Below the pieces are notes generated by a model. That model searched no databases. It was not told the origin of the DNA and was given only the letters and a program-made list of their open reading frames with translations. This document shows positions 50,991 to 62,770 of a stretch of DNA of 64,000 bases, piece after piece (within the stretch, counting starts at the first letter, position 1; every line of letters starts with the position of its first letter). This stretch comes from Octopus vulgaris (taxonomy: Eukaryota). The DNA is taken from the NCBI GenBank assembly GCA_951406725.2, contig OX597817.1, positions 73,160,001-73,224,000 on the forward strand. Reading direction: 5' to 3'. The position numbers and the translations under genes were made by a program.

Positions 50991-52159
50991 CTCACTCACT
51001 CTTTCTTGCTTTTTTTATCTCTGTCTATTTTTGTATTTCTCTCTCGCTCCTTGGCTTCTCATTTTCTTAATTGGTATGTAGAAATATGCACTTGACTTTA
51101 CAAATCTGTGTTAACTACATGCACAAAGATACTGCATGTATCTGTCATTCCTAAGCAAATATGAGCTGGTAGGATGTGCCATGCTTTCAGTAATTTTTTT
51201 AAGTGCATATGTAATCACAAGAAGACAAGGATAATACATATTTTCAGCTGAGGGGAATGGGGTGACATGCAATGAAGGACACTGCTCACCATTCAGGCCA
51301 AGAATCGAACATGCAGCCTACGGTTGTGGATCACTCTTACCTCCAAACCACACATCTTTACTTACACTACATATTTTTCCATAAACAAAATACAGTTATA
51401 GTATGATTCAATTTCTCATCTCTATGAGCAAGTACCAGTTTCCTTGACTGCATACTTTTACTCAATTCCATATTTCCAAATACACAAATACAAGTATGGT
51501 TGTGTGGTTAAGAAGTTGACTTAGCAACCACATAATTGTAGGTTCAATCCTACGGCATGGCACCTTGAGCATCTACTACAGCCTCAGGCCAACCAGTGAA
51601 TATGGCTGTTGAAAACTGCATGAAAGTCTGAGAGTCTGTATATGTATGCATGCACATGTGCATATTTTTGTGTCTTTCACTACCTGACAATGGGTGTTGG
51701 TTTGTTTGCATCCTTGCAAAAAAAAAAAAAAAAAGACTATATTATAAGTACCAGACTTAAAAGTAAATACTGGGATCAGTTTTACAAACAACATACACCC
51801 TTCAAAGTGGTGCTATAGCATGGTTACAATTTAATGACTGGAACAAGAAAAAAAAAGTAGTAAAATCTAAATAAAAAGAAACTGATGACTTTCTGAGTTC
51901 AAACTAATTAATTTGCTCTTCTGTCTCTAGCAAAATGTGCAAATTATAGAGGAAGATAAAGAAAAATTTAGCACAAGACTTGATATTTAGCTATTCTGTT
52001 AATAAGATCATATTGTTTAAATTTTTTAATATATAAAAATAACTTTGTCAAATAGAAGGCAAGGTAAAAAAAAAGTTTGGATTTAAAGGGATATAACAGA
52101 AATGAAATTATCATTTGTTTGTAATTTCTCACCGGGCTTAGAGGCACTAAGCTATTATA

Positions 52160-53447
52160 TGAGGGGGTACCCAAAAACCGGAATTTTTCAATATTACCTT
52201 ATTCACTTAGTTTTACATGTTTACACGTTTATCACCTTCAAAGTATTCACCATTTGAAGCAATGCATCAATTCAGATACATTTTCCACTGTTTGAAGCAG
52301 TCCTGCAACTCTTGTAAAGTGATGCTTTTAACACCTCCATCGTTTTTTCTTCATCTCTTCCACATTTGCAAAACGTTTTCCTTTAAGTACTTTTTTCATT
52401 TGGGGAATCAAAAATAAGTCTCAGGGAGCAAGATTGGGCAAGTAAGCAGAGTCATGCCATTTTTTGATCAAAAACTGTCTCGCAGTCAAGGCAGTGTGCG
52501 TAGGCATGTTGTCATAAAGAACCCACCACTCTCCACTTTGCCACAGGTCATGGCATTTTCTTCTCACCGTGTCTCACAAACACTTCAGAACTACCAAGTA
52601 AAATTAACAGTTAACAGTTTGACCAGGAGGAAACAAATTCTGTGTAGACAATTCCTTTTGCATTAATGATGCAAACCAGTGTCATCTTGACATTGAACTT
52701 CACTAAACACATTTTTGGGGGATGTGGTGACATTGAAAGCTTCCATTGACTTGATTGCTGCTTCATTTCTGGGTTGTAGCCATAGCAGCAACTTTCATCA
52801 CCAGTAATGGCCTTCAGAAAAAGGTCTGGATTAACTTCCAACAGTTCTTTCAGTTCACAACATGCATTCAGTCGTGACTGCTTTTGATCTTCTGTGAGCA
52901 AGCGAGGCACAAATTTTCATTTGCAATTCCTCACTCAAAATTCATTGGCAAGAGCTTCAGGACACACTAGTAATATTAACAAGTCCGTCAATTGTTTGGT
53001 GATGGTCTTCCAAGATCAGTTCACAAATTTTCATGATGTTTTCATTTGTTCAGGTTAACAGTTGCCCTGAATGAGGTTGGTCTTCAAGTGACCATTCCTA
53101 AAGCATGAAAGCCACTCATAAGCTTGTGTCTTGCTCATGGCAATGTCCTTATAAGGTGTTCAAAGCATGACAACTGCTTTGGTCACCATTTACCTCAGCA
53201 GAAAACAGAATTTCATGGAAGCACACTGTTCCTTTGCTTCAGCCATCACAAAATCAGCAAACAAGGGAGAAACACTGCAAAACAAAGATGCACCATGTGG
53301 TAGTACAACTTAACTCATTGCTAATGCTGGTTGGCAAGACTTAAGCCTGAGAGAGTCAAATCAAGTGGCTTCTAGTGGCGGAAGCCTGAACTACAATGGG
53401 CTTATCCCACAGAGAAAGTTTCTGGTTACTTTTCAGTACCCACCCCA
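52160..53447 (-). mobile_element. Near full-length (~1.29 kb) dead mariner transposon
   Basis: ORF fragment 52611..52910 PRLLTEDQKQSR...ITGDESCCYGYNPEMKQQSSQW carries the mariner (WV)PxxL and TGDExW motifs. TIRs gagggggtacccaaaa / ttttcagtacccacccc; TA flanks. Confidence 0.92.
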
Positions 53448-55847
53448 TAGATCAGCTTTCCATACAAGCGGCATTGGCTGGATATTTTGACAGGAGGTAG
53501 CAAGCCGGAAGACAGCACCAAGCTCCCTCTGTTTTTGCATGGTTTCTATGATTGGATGCTCTTCCTAATACCAACACCAGTAGGGTCACCAAATACCTTG
53601 CAAAACAAGATCCCTCAACTGAGAGGAAAGTAGTATCAAGGGAGATGGCTTTGTGCTAGGTGATAAGTTAAAATATGACAGAGGGTCAGATAAGGTGTCT
53701 TGGGTGTTTGAGTAATGAGTTGGAGAGAGATTAGTCAGGAACACACTGTGTGCAGGGGCACAATTTTACTACTGATAAATCAAGTCTTCAGTCCAGTTTT
53801 ACTTCTTAGTTGAGTCATTGTACTCCTTTAATTCACATATTTAGTGAGTTTATTTTTTTAACAAACAAAAAGAGAAAAATGGTTTTACCCTTAGTATTTT
53901 TGTGACACAGGATCTATGACTGGATGTTTTTTGTTTTTTTTTTTACTTTTTCTTGTAGCTTGATATTTAGTTAACCTCTTTGTTCTACTTGAACAAAAAT
54001 ATTGGTTAATTGAGATCTGTCATCTCTACTATTTATATTTTTAGGATTTTAATGGTTATTGTGTTGAGTATTTATTTATAAAACTAACTTATTTGATTTA
54101 CTATCCTGATTTAGTTTCATATCCCAAAGCTTAAGGCTTCTTGATCATGAATCTTCAAAGAAATCTTTATTCCTCGCTACCACTAATAGCTGTTATTTCA
54201 TTCAGAATGTTGAGTGGGTCTCACAGAAAACTGTTGGTATTTAACTGTTTACCAAAAGAATATTTGGTTCTCAAGAAAAAAAAACAAAAAGCCTCTAATA
54301 TTCAATTTATTTTCATTTTCATCAGCTTCTTTGATTCTTTGCTCTCTAAATGTTGTTTGAGATGTCTCTAGCAGCATTTCTTTTTGATGTCAGAAGTGTG
54401 CCAGGAGGATCTACATTGTAGATCTACATTGTATTTGTTTAAGCCGTACACTTCTGTACGTGTTATCTCTTATTACATTTACTTTGACATATCTCATTTG
54501 TAGTAGTACCTTTTTGTTCAGACTTGATTTCTCGTTACATCTAACTTCTTTGCATCATCATCTTTTGATTATTTTCTAACAAAATATGATTTGAGTTACC
54601 TGGCAGCATGCCTTCTAATCTTTTGAATACCCTTAGATATTCTGTAGCTTAGGGTCGGTGGCTGTTAGATATAGCTTGGATAAACATGCAAAGCCTAATT
54701 CACAATGCTGTGATGATATAGCTTGTGATATATTCATTCTAGCAGTACTATTTTAAAATGAGTCATCTCATTTATCAAGTAACTTTTTCTTAGAAATTCA
54801 AAAGGAAGTCACCAATATCAATAAATATTGTTTAAATGGGTACAGGCATTGCTGTATGGTTAAGAACTTTGCAATTATGTGATCCAAAGTTCCTTCTCTG
54901 GCTCTTTCTGCGAGTGTGTTCTCTCATAGCAACAAATTAATCTATGCCATATGGACAAAATTCTTTTTGATAAGAACTGTGCAGGAACCCCTTTTAGAGA
55001 AAAAAATTGTTTTTCATGGTCCAATGAATTCCAGGTGCTCCTTTATTGCTTTTGCCTTTGATAAACGCAGAGAACCAATGATTGATCCATTAGAAATTTG
55101 TAACTAATGATGTGGTTGTTCATAGATTATGACACAAAATAATCAGACAAAATGCAGTTTCAATAGATTCTGTAGAACTCTGTGATGAATGTGTGTTTAT
55201 AGTCTCCTCTGAAAAATCTGTTTTAGCACACGAGTTCACACTTTAAAAAATCTTAAAAACCAAATGCAAAAAAAAAAAAAATTGCAAGTATCCCTCATAT
55301 AAATTATTACCATGGTTTTAATCTAATATTCCATGTATAATAGAATGCTGGGAAGCATTATTCAGATTTCATAGTCTGCTTTATTCCATTATAATTAGCT
55401 ATCTACACCAGCATTTAAAATAAACTTTTAATGAAATATCTTGATATCACATTGTAAGAAATTTACCCTAAATATTACTAGATAGCTTTTTTCTTTTTTT
55501 TTTAGTAGAAATTGGCTGCTTTGTTCTTAGACTGAGTTTAAATATTTGATTAATTACTGGTTACATAGAGCAGAGTGTCTGAATGTTTTCCCTGGTTTCC
55601 ATTTGTTTTGGTTGTTGGTATTTTTGTTGGGGTTTCTTTTCTAGTTTCCTAATAAAAAAAATAACAGAGCCTGAATAGATAGTTTAGAGAACTTATTCAG
55701 TTACATCTTACTAGCTCTTATGATTTTTGATTGTCTGTGGCAATCTTGAGACACACAAAGTAACAGTTACTCAGAAATGGTCTCAGAAAATACCTGCTCC
55801 AATATATATCTGCTGCAAGTACTAATTCATGAACTAAAAAGGAATAT

Positions 55848-56041
55848 TCTTTTACTTCTTTCAGTCATTTTGGCTGTGACCATGCTGGAGCACCACCTTA
55901 GTCAAACAAATCAACTTGCGACTTATACTTTGTAAGCCCTAGTACTTATTCTGTCAGTTTCATTTGCCGAACCGCTAAGTTACAAGGACATAAACACACC
56001 AATATCGGATGTCAAGCAATGGTGGGGAGACAAAGACACAC
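55848..56041 (-). mobile_element. 3' half of a CORE-like SINE split by nested insertions
   Basis: Matches the reverse complement of the 3' half of 58562-58937 and stops at the internal (CA) tract. The 5' half resumes at 60170. Confidence 0.85.
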
Positions 56042-57524
56042 AGCTTTGTGCGCCGTGTCCGGTTGGGTGCGCATTACCACGACTCGCCACCCACACCCAA
56101 CGAAGAGGACGACTGCTTCACTGGCCTGGGCCGCCGACCATCCCCGTGGACGCCTGCCCCTGGCCAGATCCTAGCAGTGGATCTTTTCGCGGGCGCTTGT
56201 CAGCGTGCATTGGAGCGGTTCAACTTCTCCAGGCGCCAACGCCGCCTCAACATCTCCCCGGCTGAGCTCTTGGCTCTTCGTTCCCTGTACCTGACACCTC
56301 CACACTCATTCGTCTGGCCGAACTTGTCCTTACTCTGAACTGCTTCTCGTTCGCGGGCGAGTTCTACCATCAGGTCTCGGGAGTGGCCATGGGAACGCGA
56401 ATGGGCCCCAACTATGCGAACCTGTTCGTTGGCTATGTTGAGGCCCAAATATTCTCTAATTTCACTGGTCCCACTCCTGAACTATATGGTCGTTATATTG
56501 ACGACATTATCGGTGCCACCTCACTCTCCCGCGAACATCTAGATTCCTTCCTCTCTTTCGTCCAATCTTTCCATCCAGCCCTCCACTTCACTTCCACTAT
56601 CTCCAACACCTCTGTCTCCTTCCTCGACATTTCGGTTAGCATTCTTCACTCCACTCTTACCACCTCCATTCACTACAAACACACAGACTCACACTCATAC
56701 CTCAACTTCTCTTCCTCCCACCCAGAACACACCAAGCTTTCCATCCCCTATTTCCAATTCCTCCGTCTACGTAGGCTCTGTAGTGACGACCATGACTTTG
56801 AGACTCAGTCTCAACGTATGGCTCACCACTTCACCCTACGTGGATACCCCCTCACCACTATCCACACCGCCCTTGCCAGAGCACGGTCCGTGGACCGTGT
56901 ATCTGCTCTCTCTCCCCGAACCCGCCCTGTAGTCTCCCGCCTCCCTTTTCCCCTCACTTACGACCTTACGTCTCCAACGCACCATTCTTCGAGCTTTCCG
57001 TCATCTCCAGTCCGACCCGTCCACTTCACACCTCTTCCCTAACCGACCCCTCCCCTCTTTCAAACGAGCCCACAACCTTCGAGACCTTTTAGTCCATAGC
57101 TCCTTCCCTAACCCTACCTCCCAACCCGGCTCGTTCCCCTGCTCCCACCCACGTTGCCGCACTTGCCCTTACCTCTCCAACACCACCCGCCTCACTAGCA
57201 CCCACCATCGACCCTATCCCATCATCCACTCCTTCACCTGCACCTCCAGCAATATTATCTATTGCATCTCTTGCTCTCTCTGCAATTCCTTGTACATCGG
57301 ACAAACGGGACGCCGCTTGGCTGACCGGTTCGCGGAACACCTTCGTGACATCCACCTTGCGAACGACACACCGGTCTCACGCCATTTCCGCTCCACCGGT
57401 CACTCCTTGCAACACCTATCTGTGTTCGGTTTGTCCTTACACAGAGGCCATCCGGATTCCCGTTTGCGCCGTGAACAGGAATTAATCTTCTCTCTTCGCT
57501 CTTATACGCCATTTGGTCTCAACT

Positions 57525-57812
57525 CTCCCCCCTCCTCATCTAACCTCACCCCCCTCCTCACCTATCCTTTCTCCCCCCGACCCCTACTTCTTCAGTCCTT
57601 CATCCTTTCACCCCTTCTTCCCTCTTTCTCCCTCCCTCTTCCCCTTCCCTCTGCTCCCTCACTTCCTCTCTCCCCTTCTCTCTCCCCCTCTCCCTCTTTC
57701 CTCCTTCATCCCCCTCATCCCCTTCCTTCTCCCCCATCCTCTCCTCTCCCCCCTTCTCCCCCTCTTCTTCCCCTCCCCTTCTCTCCCCCCTCGTCTCCCC
57801 CTCTTCTCCTCA
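57525..57812. repeat. Polypyrimidine/polypurine low-complexity tract
   Basis: Almost only C/T on the + strand; it explains the Pro/Ser/Leu-rich tails of ORFs 57290..57862 and 57513..57878. Confidence 0.93.
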
Positions 57813-57855
57813 CTACACCACATGACTTTACACATCACATCACATATGATGTGCC

Positions 57856-58195
57856 ATACTAATACACACACCAACTAATACATACTAATACGTACTAATA
57901 CATACTAGTACATACTAATACTTACACCAACCCTATACATACACACGTCCAGACCCCGCATACGCACTTATACTCTCTCTCACACACACACACACACCTA
58001 TACATACCAATACGTACTAATACATACTAATACATACTAATACATACACCAACCCCATACATACGCACGTCCAGACCAATCTTACGCACTAATACTCTCT
58101 CATACACACACACACACACACACACACACCCTTATACATACTAATACATACACCAACCCTATACATACACACATCCAGACCCCTCCCACGCACTT
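57856..58195 (+). repeat. Hierarchical tandem repeat: 10-mer ATACATACTA within three ~100-125-bp units
   Basis: Units are marked by acaccaacccYatacatacRcacRtccagacc at about 57924, 58046 and 58150. Confidence 0.88.
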
Positions 58196-58365
58196 TTAGC
58201 TGGTCCCTCAACCCGTTTATCAACCCTATTATCTCCCCTTATTTCGCTCTCGCGTCTCATGTTTGATCTTTGACCTCTGGCCGAAATCAGATCGCCATGT
58301 TGATTCGTTAGCTACTGCACGCATTTTTTTCTCTCCTTCTTTCTGTGTTTTTCTCTCTCTGTGTA

Positions 58366-58403
58366 TCTTTCTGTTGAAGAGCGTAGGCTCGAAACGTTAA
58401 AGA
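58366..58403 (+). ncRNA. Minimal hammerhead ribozyme-like motif in the Penelope pseudo-LTR
   Basis: TCTTT-CTGTTGA-A-GAGC gtag GCTC-GAAAC-GTT-AAAGA: 5-bp stem I, 4-bp stem II, palindromic ACGT stem III. The core has U in place of A6. Confidence 0.7.
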
Positions 58404-58500
58404 CTTGTTTTATTTATATTTCCTGAGCGCCATACTAATACAATTGTTCGTTTGTTTTCCACCTGCCTTCGTCTTTTGTTTATTTTCATAAAGCTTCCCG

Positions 58501-58537
<37 letters not shown>

Positions 58538-58540
<3 letters not shown>

Positions 58541-60134
58541 GGTGGGGAAGCAAAATTTACAGGCGCAGGAGTGGCTGTGTGGTAAGTAGCTTGCTAACCA
58601 ACCACATGGTTCCGGGTTCAGTCCCACTGCATGGCATCTTGGGCAAGTGTCTTCTGCTATAGCCCCAGGCCGACCAATGCCTTGTGAGTGGATTTGGTAG
58701 ACAGAAACTGAAAGAAGCCTGTCGTATATATATATATGTATGTGTGTGTTTGTCCCCCAGCATCACTTGACAACCAATGCTGGTGTGTTTACGTCCCCGT
58801 CACTTAGCGGTTTGGCAAAAGAGACCGATAGAATAAGTACTGGGCTTACAAAGAATAAGTCCCGGGGTCGATTTGCTCGACTAAAGGCGGTGCTCCAGCA
58901 TGGCCGCAGTCAAATGACTGAAACAAGTAAAAGAGTAATATTTTGAGGCAGGGATTGAAAGACAGTGTATGACCAATTTGTTTATTGAAAGTCATGAGAA
59001 TTTATTCGCCACAAGACAATTTACATAATAGAAAATATTTTTATTCTATGTGTCCTCTTTCTTTCTCAATAACTGCCTTCACAGGCATTCTTCAAATATT
59101 CGGGAGACAACTTCTCCTATTCTTTAATAGTATCTTTAAGAGAGTCGGCATTGCTGTGTGATGTTCTATTGGTAGCATGTTCTAAAATGCCCCAAATAGC
59201 ATAATCCAGAGAGTTTAGATCTGGGCTAGAAGGCGGTCATAAACATGATTCCAAAAAATTGCTGAAGTTGGATTTGCAGAAATCTTGTATTTTTCTAGCT
59301 GTGTGGGCTGGAGCACCATCCTGTGTCCATACATAATTACCATTTGCGTAGTTTGCTTTAAGCCATGGCAATACCTCATATCTCAGAGTCTTGTAGTAAG
59401 TATTAACATTGATCTTTTCATCAGCTTTGTAGAATTTTATAGGCATTTTCTTTCCATTGGAAGCCACAACACCAAAAGCTATAACTTGAGCAGGATCTTT
59501 TGTTTTGAATGTCCCCTTAACTTCAGCTGTTGATTTTGCAATAAATCTGTCATTTGTGCTGTTCAGAACAGCATCGACAGTGAAGATCTTTTCATCTGAA
59601 AAGATTGTTACAATGGAGGACTTTTTCTTGCACCTCTCCAATCTCTTTTCCTTCATAGCTGTTGTCAATAAGTGTTTTGGTGTTCTTGTGTAAGATTTTA
59701 ACCTCAAATCATATTTTACAGAATTTCTAATGGTCTTGTTGTCTACCTCAAGTTCAATTGCCATTTTTCTCATGGATTTGGTTGGATCCTTTAGGATTTT
59801 GGATTTGACAGCTTTAATAAAAGCTTTGGTACGTTTTTTGTTGATTCCTCAACTTCCAGACTTTCTCGTAATAGTTTTGCTCATAGTCATTCTATTCTTT
59901 ACATTATAAATAGTCTTTATGGACACTCCAACTCTTTTTGAAATCTTTGGTGTAACGAGTGCATTCAGAAAATTACACACTCTTTGACTTTTGCTTTCCT
60001 GATTACTCATATGGGCAAAAGTTTCTGAAAAGGTAGCAGTATGACATCAGTATATGCTAGGTTTCAAAACAATTGACTTAGTGCCTCCTGAGAAAAAACA
60101 ACTTAACGTTCATTGTAAATTTTGCTTCCCCACC

Positions 60135-60137
<3 letters not shown>
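58538..60137 (-). mobile_element. maT-family (DD37D) Tc1/mariner transposon, inactivated
   Basis: Perfect 24-bp TIRs cagggtggggaagcaaaatttaca between (TA)n tracts. ORF 59237..59773 has FSDEK and QDGAPAH and continues through TGA (expected W) to PPSSPDLNSLDY, giving 37 residues between the second and third Asp. Confidence 0.93.
58562..58937 (+). mobile_element. Young full-length tRNA-derived CORE-like SINE
   Basis: A-box tggctgtgtgg, B-box ggttcagtccc, CORE-like cttgggcaagtgtctt, internal (TA)(TG) tract, tail aagtaaaagagtaa. Inserted at the inner edge of the maT TIR. Confidence 0.92.
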
Positions 60138-60169
<32 letters not shown>

Positions 60170-60175
<6 letters not shown>

Positions 60176-60337
60176 CAACTGGCTTCCTTCAGTTTCTATC
60201 TACCAAATCCACTTACATGGCTTTGGTTGGCCTGAGGCTATACAAGACACTTGCCCAAGGTTCCACACAATGGGATTAAACCCAGAACCATGTGGTTGGG
60301 AAGCAAGCTTCTTACCACACAGCCATGACTGTACCTA
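60170..60337 (-). mobile_element. 5' half of the split CORE-like SINE
   Basis: ggcttccttcagtttctatctaccaaatccac...cttaccacacagccatgactgtacct; same orientation as, and complementary extent to, 55848-56041. Confidence 0.85.
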
Positions 60338-60829
60338 GTTAAATTTTTTTAATAGAGCCAAAAGACACAGTCAGCCCTTGATAGAAAAGTCAGTATAGTT
60401 CGAGCATACTAGAGAACTATGCACTCCTACTGCTACATATTCTTTAACATCTTAAAATTTCAACTGGCCAGATGTGGCCCAAATATTCAACCTGTTTTAC
60501 ATTCAAACCAGTCAGATTCAGACTCTCACACCTACCCTACAATGTCATTCTAAAAATAAACAACCACATCATCAAAATCTCAAAGTTATGAGATAAAGTA
60601 CGGTTGATTCAAAACAATGTGAATGAATAAATACTACACCTGATGGAATAATGTGAATGCGAAAGAGTGAAGACAGATACAGAGCAGTCTGAATAAGAAA
60701 CCTTTCAGTGATCAGAACCTAAGGTGGATGCAACCCTTTCAGATATGCTTCTTCATACCAAAATTTTAATGTCTAACAGAAAGTATTGATATTTGAAATT
60801 TTGGCATGAGACTGGTGAGTGTCTGCTGA

Positions 60830-61370
60830 ATTATATCCATCCATTCATCTTCTTTGCCAACTATTCCTGGAAGTGTCGTAACGGTAAAATTGTCAAACAC
60901 CTCCTCTATAGGGTCTTATCAGATGTGACTCTCATTAGACTTTCTGATTGGATTCCCAAGCATGACCAATTGAGAATATGGATATTATCCAGCCATCTCA
61001 TTTTAAATCTACCCCTAGATCTCATGCCTGTTCACTTGGCTTGAAGAATCCATGTTGCAATTCTTTCCTGCAACATTCTAATCACATGTCTGTAGTACTG
61101 GAGCTGTGACTTCTCAATGTGGAGAAATAGTAAGTCAACTTAGAAAGACTCCTTGATCTCCAAGCTATGCACCCTTCAAGTAACATTGCTCTGGAAATCA
61201 TTTGGAGGACCCCCATTTTGGTTGCTTATATTTGCAATCATACTCTTTAGGTCATTACCCAGCATTTGTGGCTATAAGTGAGGATATGCATGAAAGCTGA
61301 AATGAAGATAGTGAGTTTACCTTTTTTTCAACCTCTCCTCTTCTGAAGATCAAATGCTGGAGCTGGTGCA
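60830..61370 (-). mobile_element. Decayed RTE-type LINE 3' region
   Basis: Minus strand reads ILTYSHKCWVMT, like the LTYGxExW motif of RTE ORF2. Confidence 0.55.
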
Positions 61371-62441
61371 CCAATGGTAAATAATATATATTAGTATGCA
61401 AAAGTCTTTTGTAACAGACTTAATAACCTTTCACTTCACCAATATAGTGGCACTCTCTCTTAGTCTAATTTGCCAACACCTTACCAGAAGTATGATTTGT
61501 AAACTGGTTATAATTCAGCAGATAATGCTTAGCATCTGGATAGCTGTTCTTTTTTATATTAATTTATTTTGCCTTTTTGTCCCAAACAAGGTTTGAGGCC
61601 ACTATCATGGAAATCTTTACAAAGAAGGGGCCTACAAATTCAGGAGAGGTTGATTGACACAAAGCTTAAAGGACTGAATATCAAAGACCAAAGGAAAACA
61701 AAATGATTGTAATGAGTTCCAGAGAGCAACAGTTCAAAGAAAAATACTATTAGAATATGACTAACAGGAAGCTCAACAGAGAAACTATGTACTTGGAAAG
61801 AGAAGCAGGTGACATTTTAAAGTTCATTAGAGTAATGACCATGGAAGTACATATAGAAAAGAAGCAACAAAGATATAGTTTGATAATGGGACAATTGATA
61901 ACTTAGGGCATAGCTAAATTTCTAGCCCATAACACGTCCCACATGATTCTCTAAAACATAGTTTCATCTCCCTTTTTGCAGTATAAGTTTTCTGCCACCC
62001 TACCCCACAACATAACCAATTAATTTCTTCAATAGAGCATGGGTACTTACTATATTATGAGCAAGAAGCAGTTAAAACTTTTGGTATTTTATTGCTTGAT
62101 GGCTGTGTTCCCTTTGTATCTTACTGTGACATTAGCAGTCATACTCTGGCTGTTCTACATCAAAACCAAATCGAAGGTCAGCTTCTCAGAAAGAAGAAAA
62201 ACAGAAGCGATTATACTTAAAGAGCCATAAGCAAATACCACACATTATTTTTGTTTGAAGCAGTACTGATCCTGCTATTCTTGTCAATCACTCACTCACT
62301 ATCTCTCTCTCTCTCTCTCTCAATATATATGTGTGATCAACAAAACAACCTCAACATGATTGTTCATTTTGCCCAAAACAGCATCCAAATCTCCCTCAAA
62401 TCACATTAGAACAACTTGGGACATTAGATAATGTAGTCCTT

Positions 62442-62770
62442 CATCATCATCATCATCATCGTTTAACATCTGTTCTCCATGCTAGCATGGGTTGGACGGT
62501 TCGACCGGGGATCTGGGAAGCCAGAAGGCTGCACCAGACTCCAGTCTGATCTGGCAGTGTTTCTACAGCTGGATGCCCTTCCTAACGCCAACCACTCCGT
62601 GAGTGTAGTGGGTGCTTTTTACGTGCTACCTGCACAGGTGCCAGGCGAGGCTGGCAACAGCCACGATCAGATTGGTGCATTTTACGTGCCACCGGCATGG
62701 AAGCCAGTCAAGGCGGCGCTGGCATCAGCCACGATTCGGATGGTGCTTTTTACATGCCACTGGCACGGAA
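62442..62770 (-). mobile_element. Young (GAT)n-tailed SINE with internal tandem units
   Basis: (cat)6-cgtttaacatctgttctccatgctagcatgggttggacgg..., with three ggtgcttttta.gtgc.acc.gca units; reverse of 28870-29225. Confidence 0.88.

Larger units (their letters stand above)
56042..58501 (+). mobile_element. Penelope-like retroelement (Neptune-type), 5'-truncated, internally deleted, frameshifted
   Basis: RT motifs QVSGVAMGTRMGPNYANLF, RYIDD, FLDI, YKHTDSHSYL..SSHP; Cys linker CSHPRCRTC; GIY-YIG endonuclease NIIYCISCSLCNSLYIGQTGRRLADRFAEH...EQELI..L....PFGLN; long 3' region with a hammerhead motif. Confidence 0.95.

Noticed and set aside
58562-58635. tRNA-like A and B boxes
   Set aside because: SINE head without a full cloverleaf, repeated many times in the window; not a tRNA gene.
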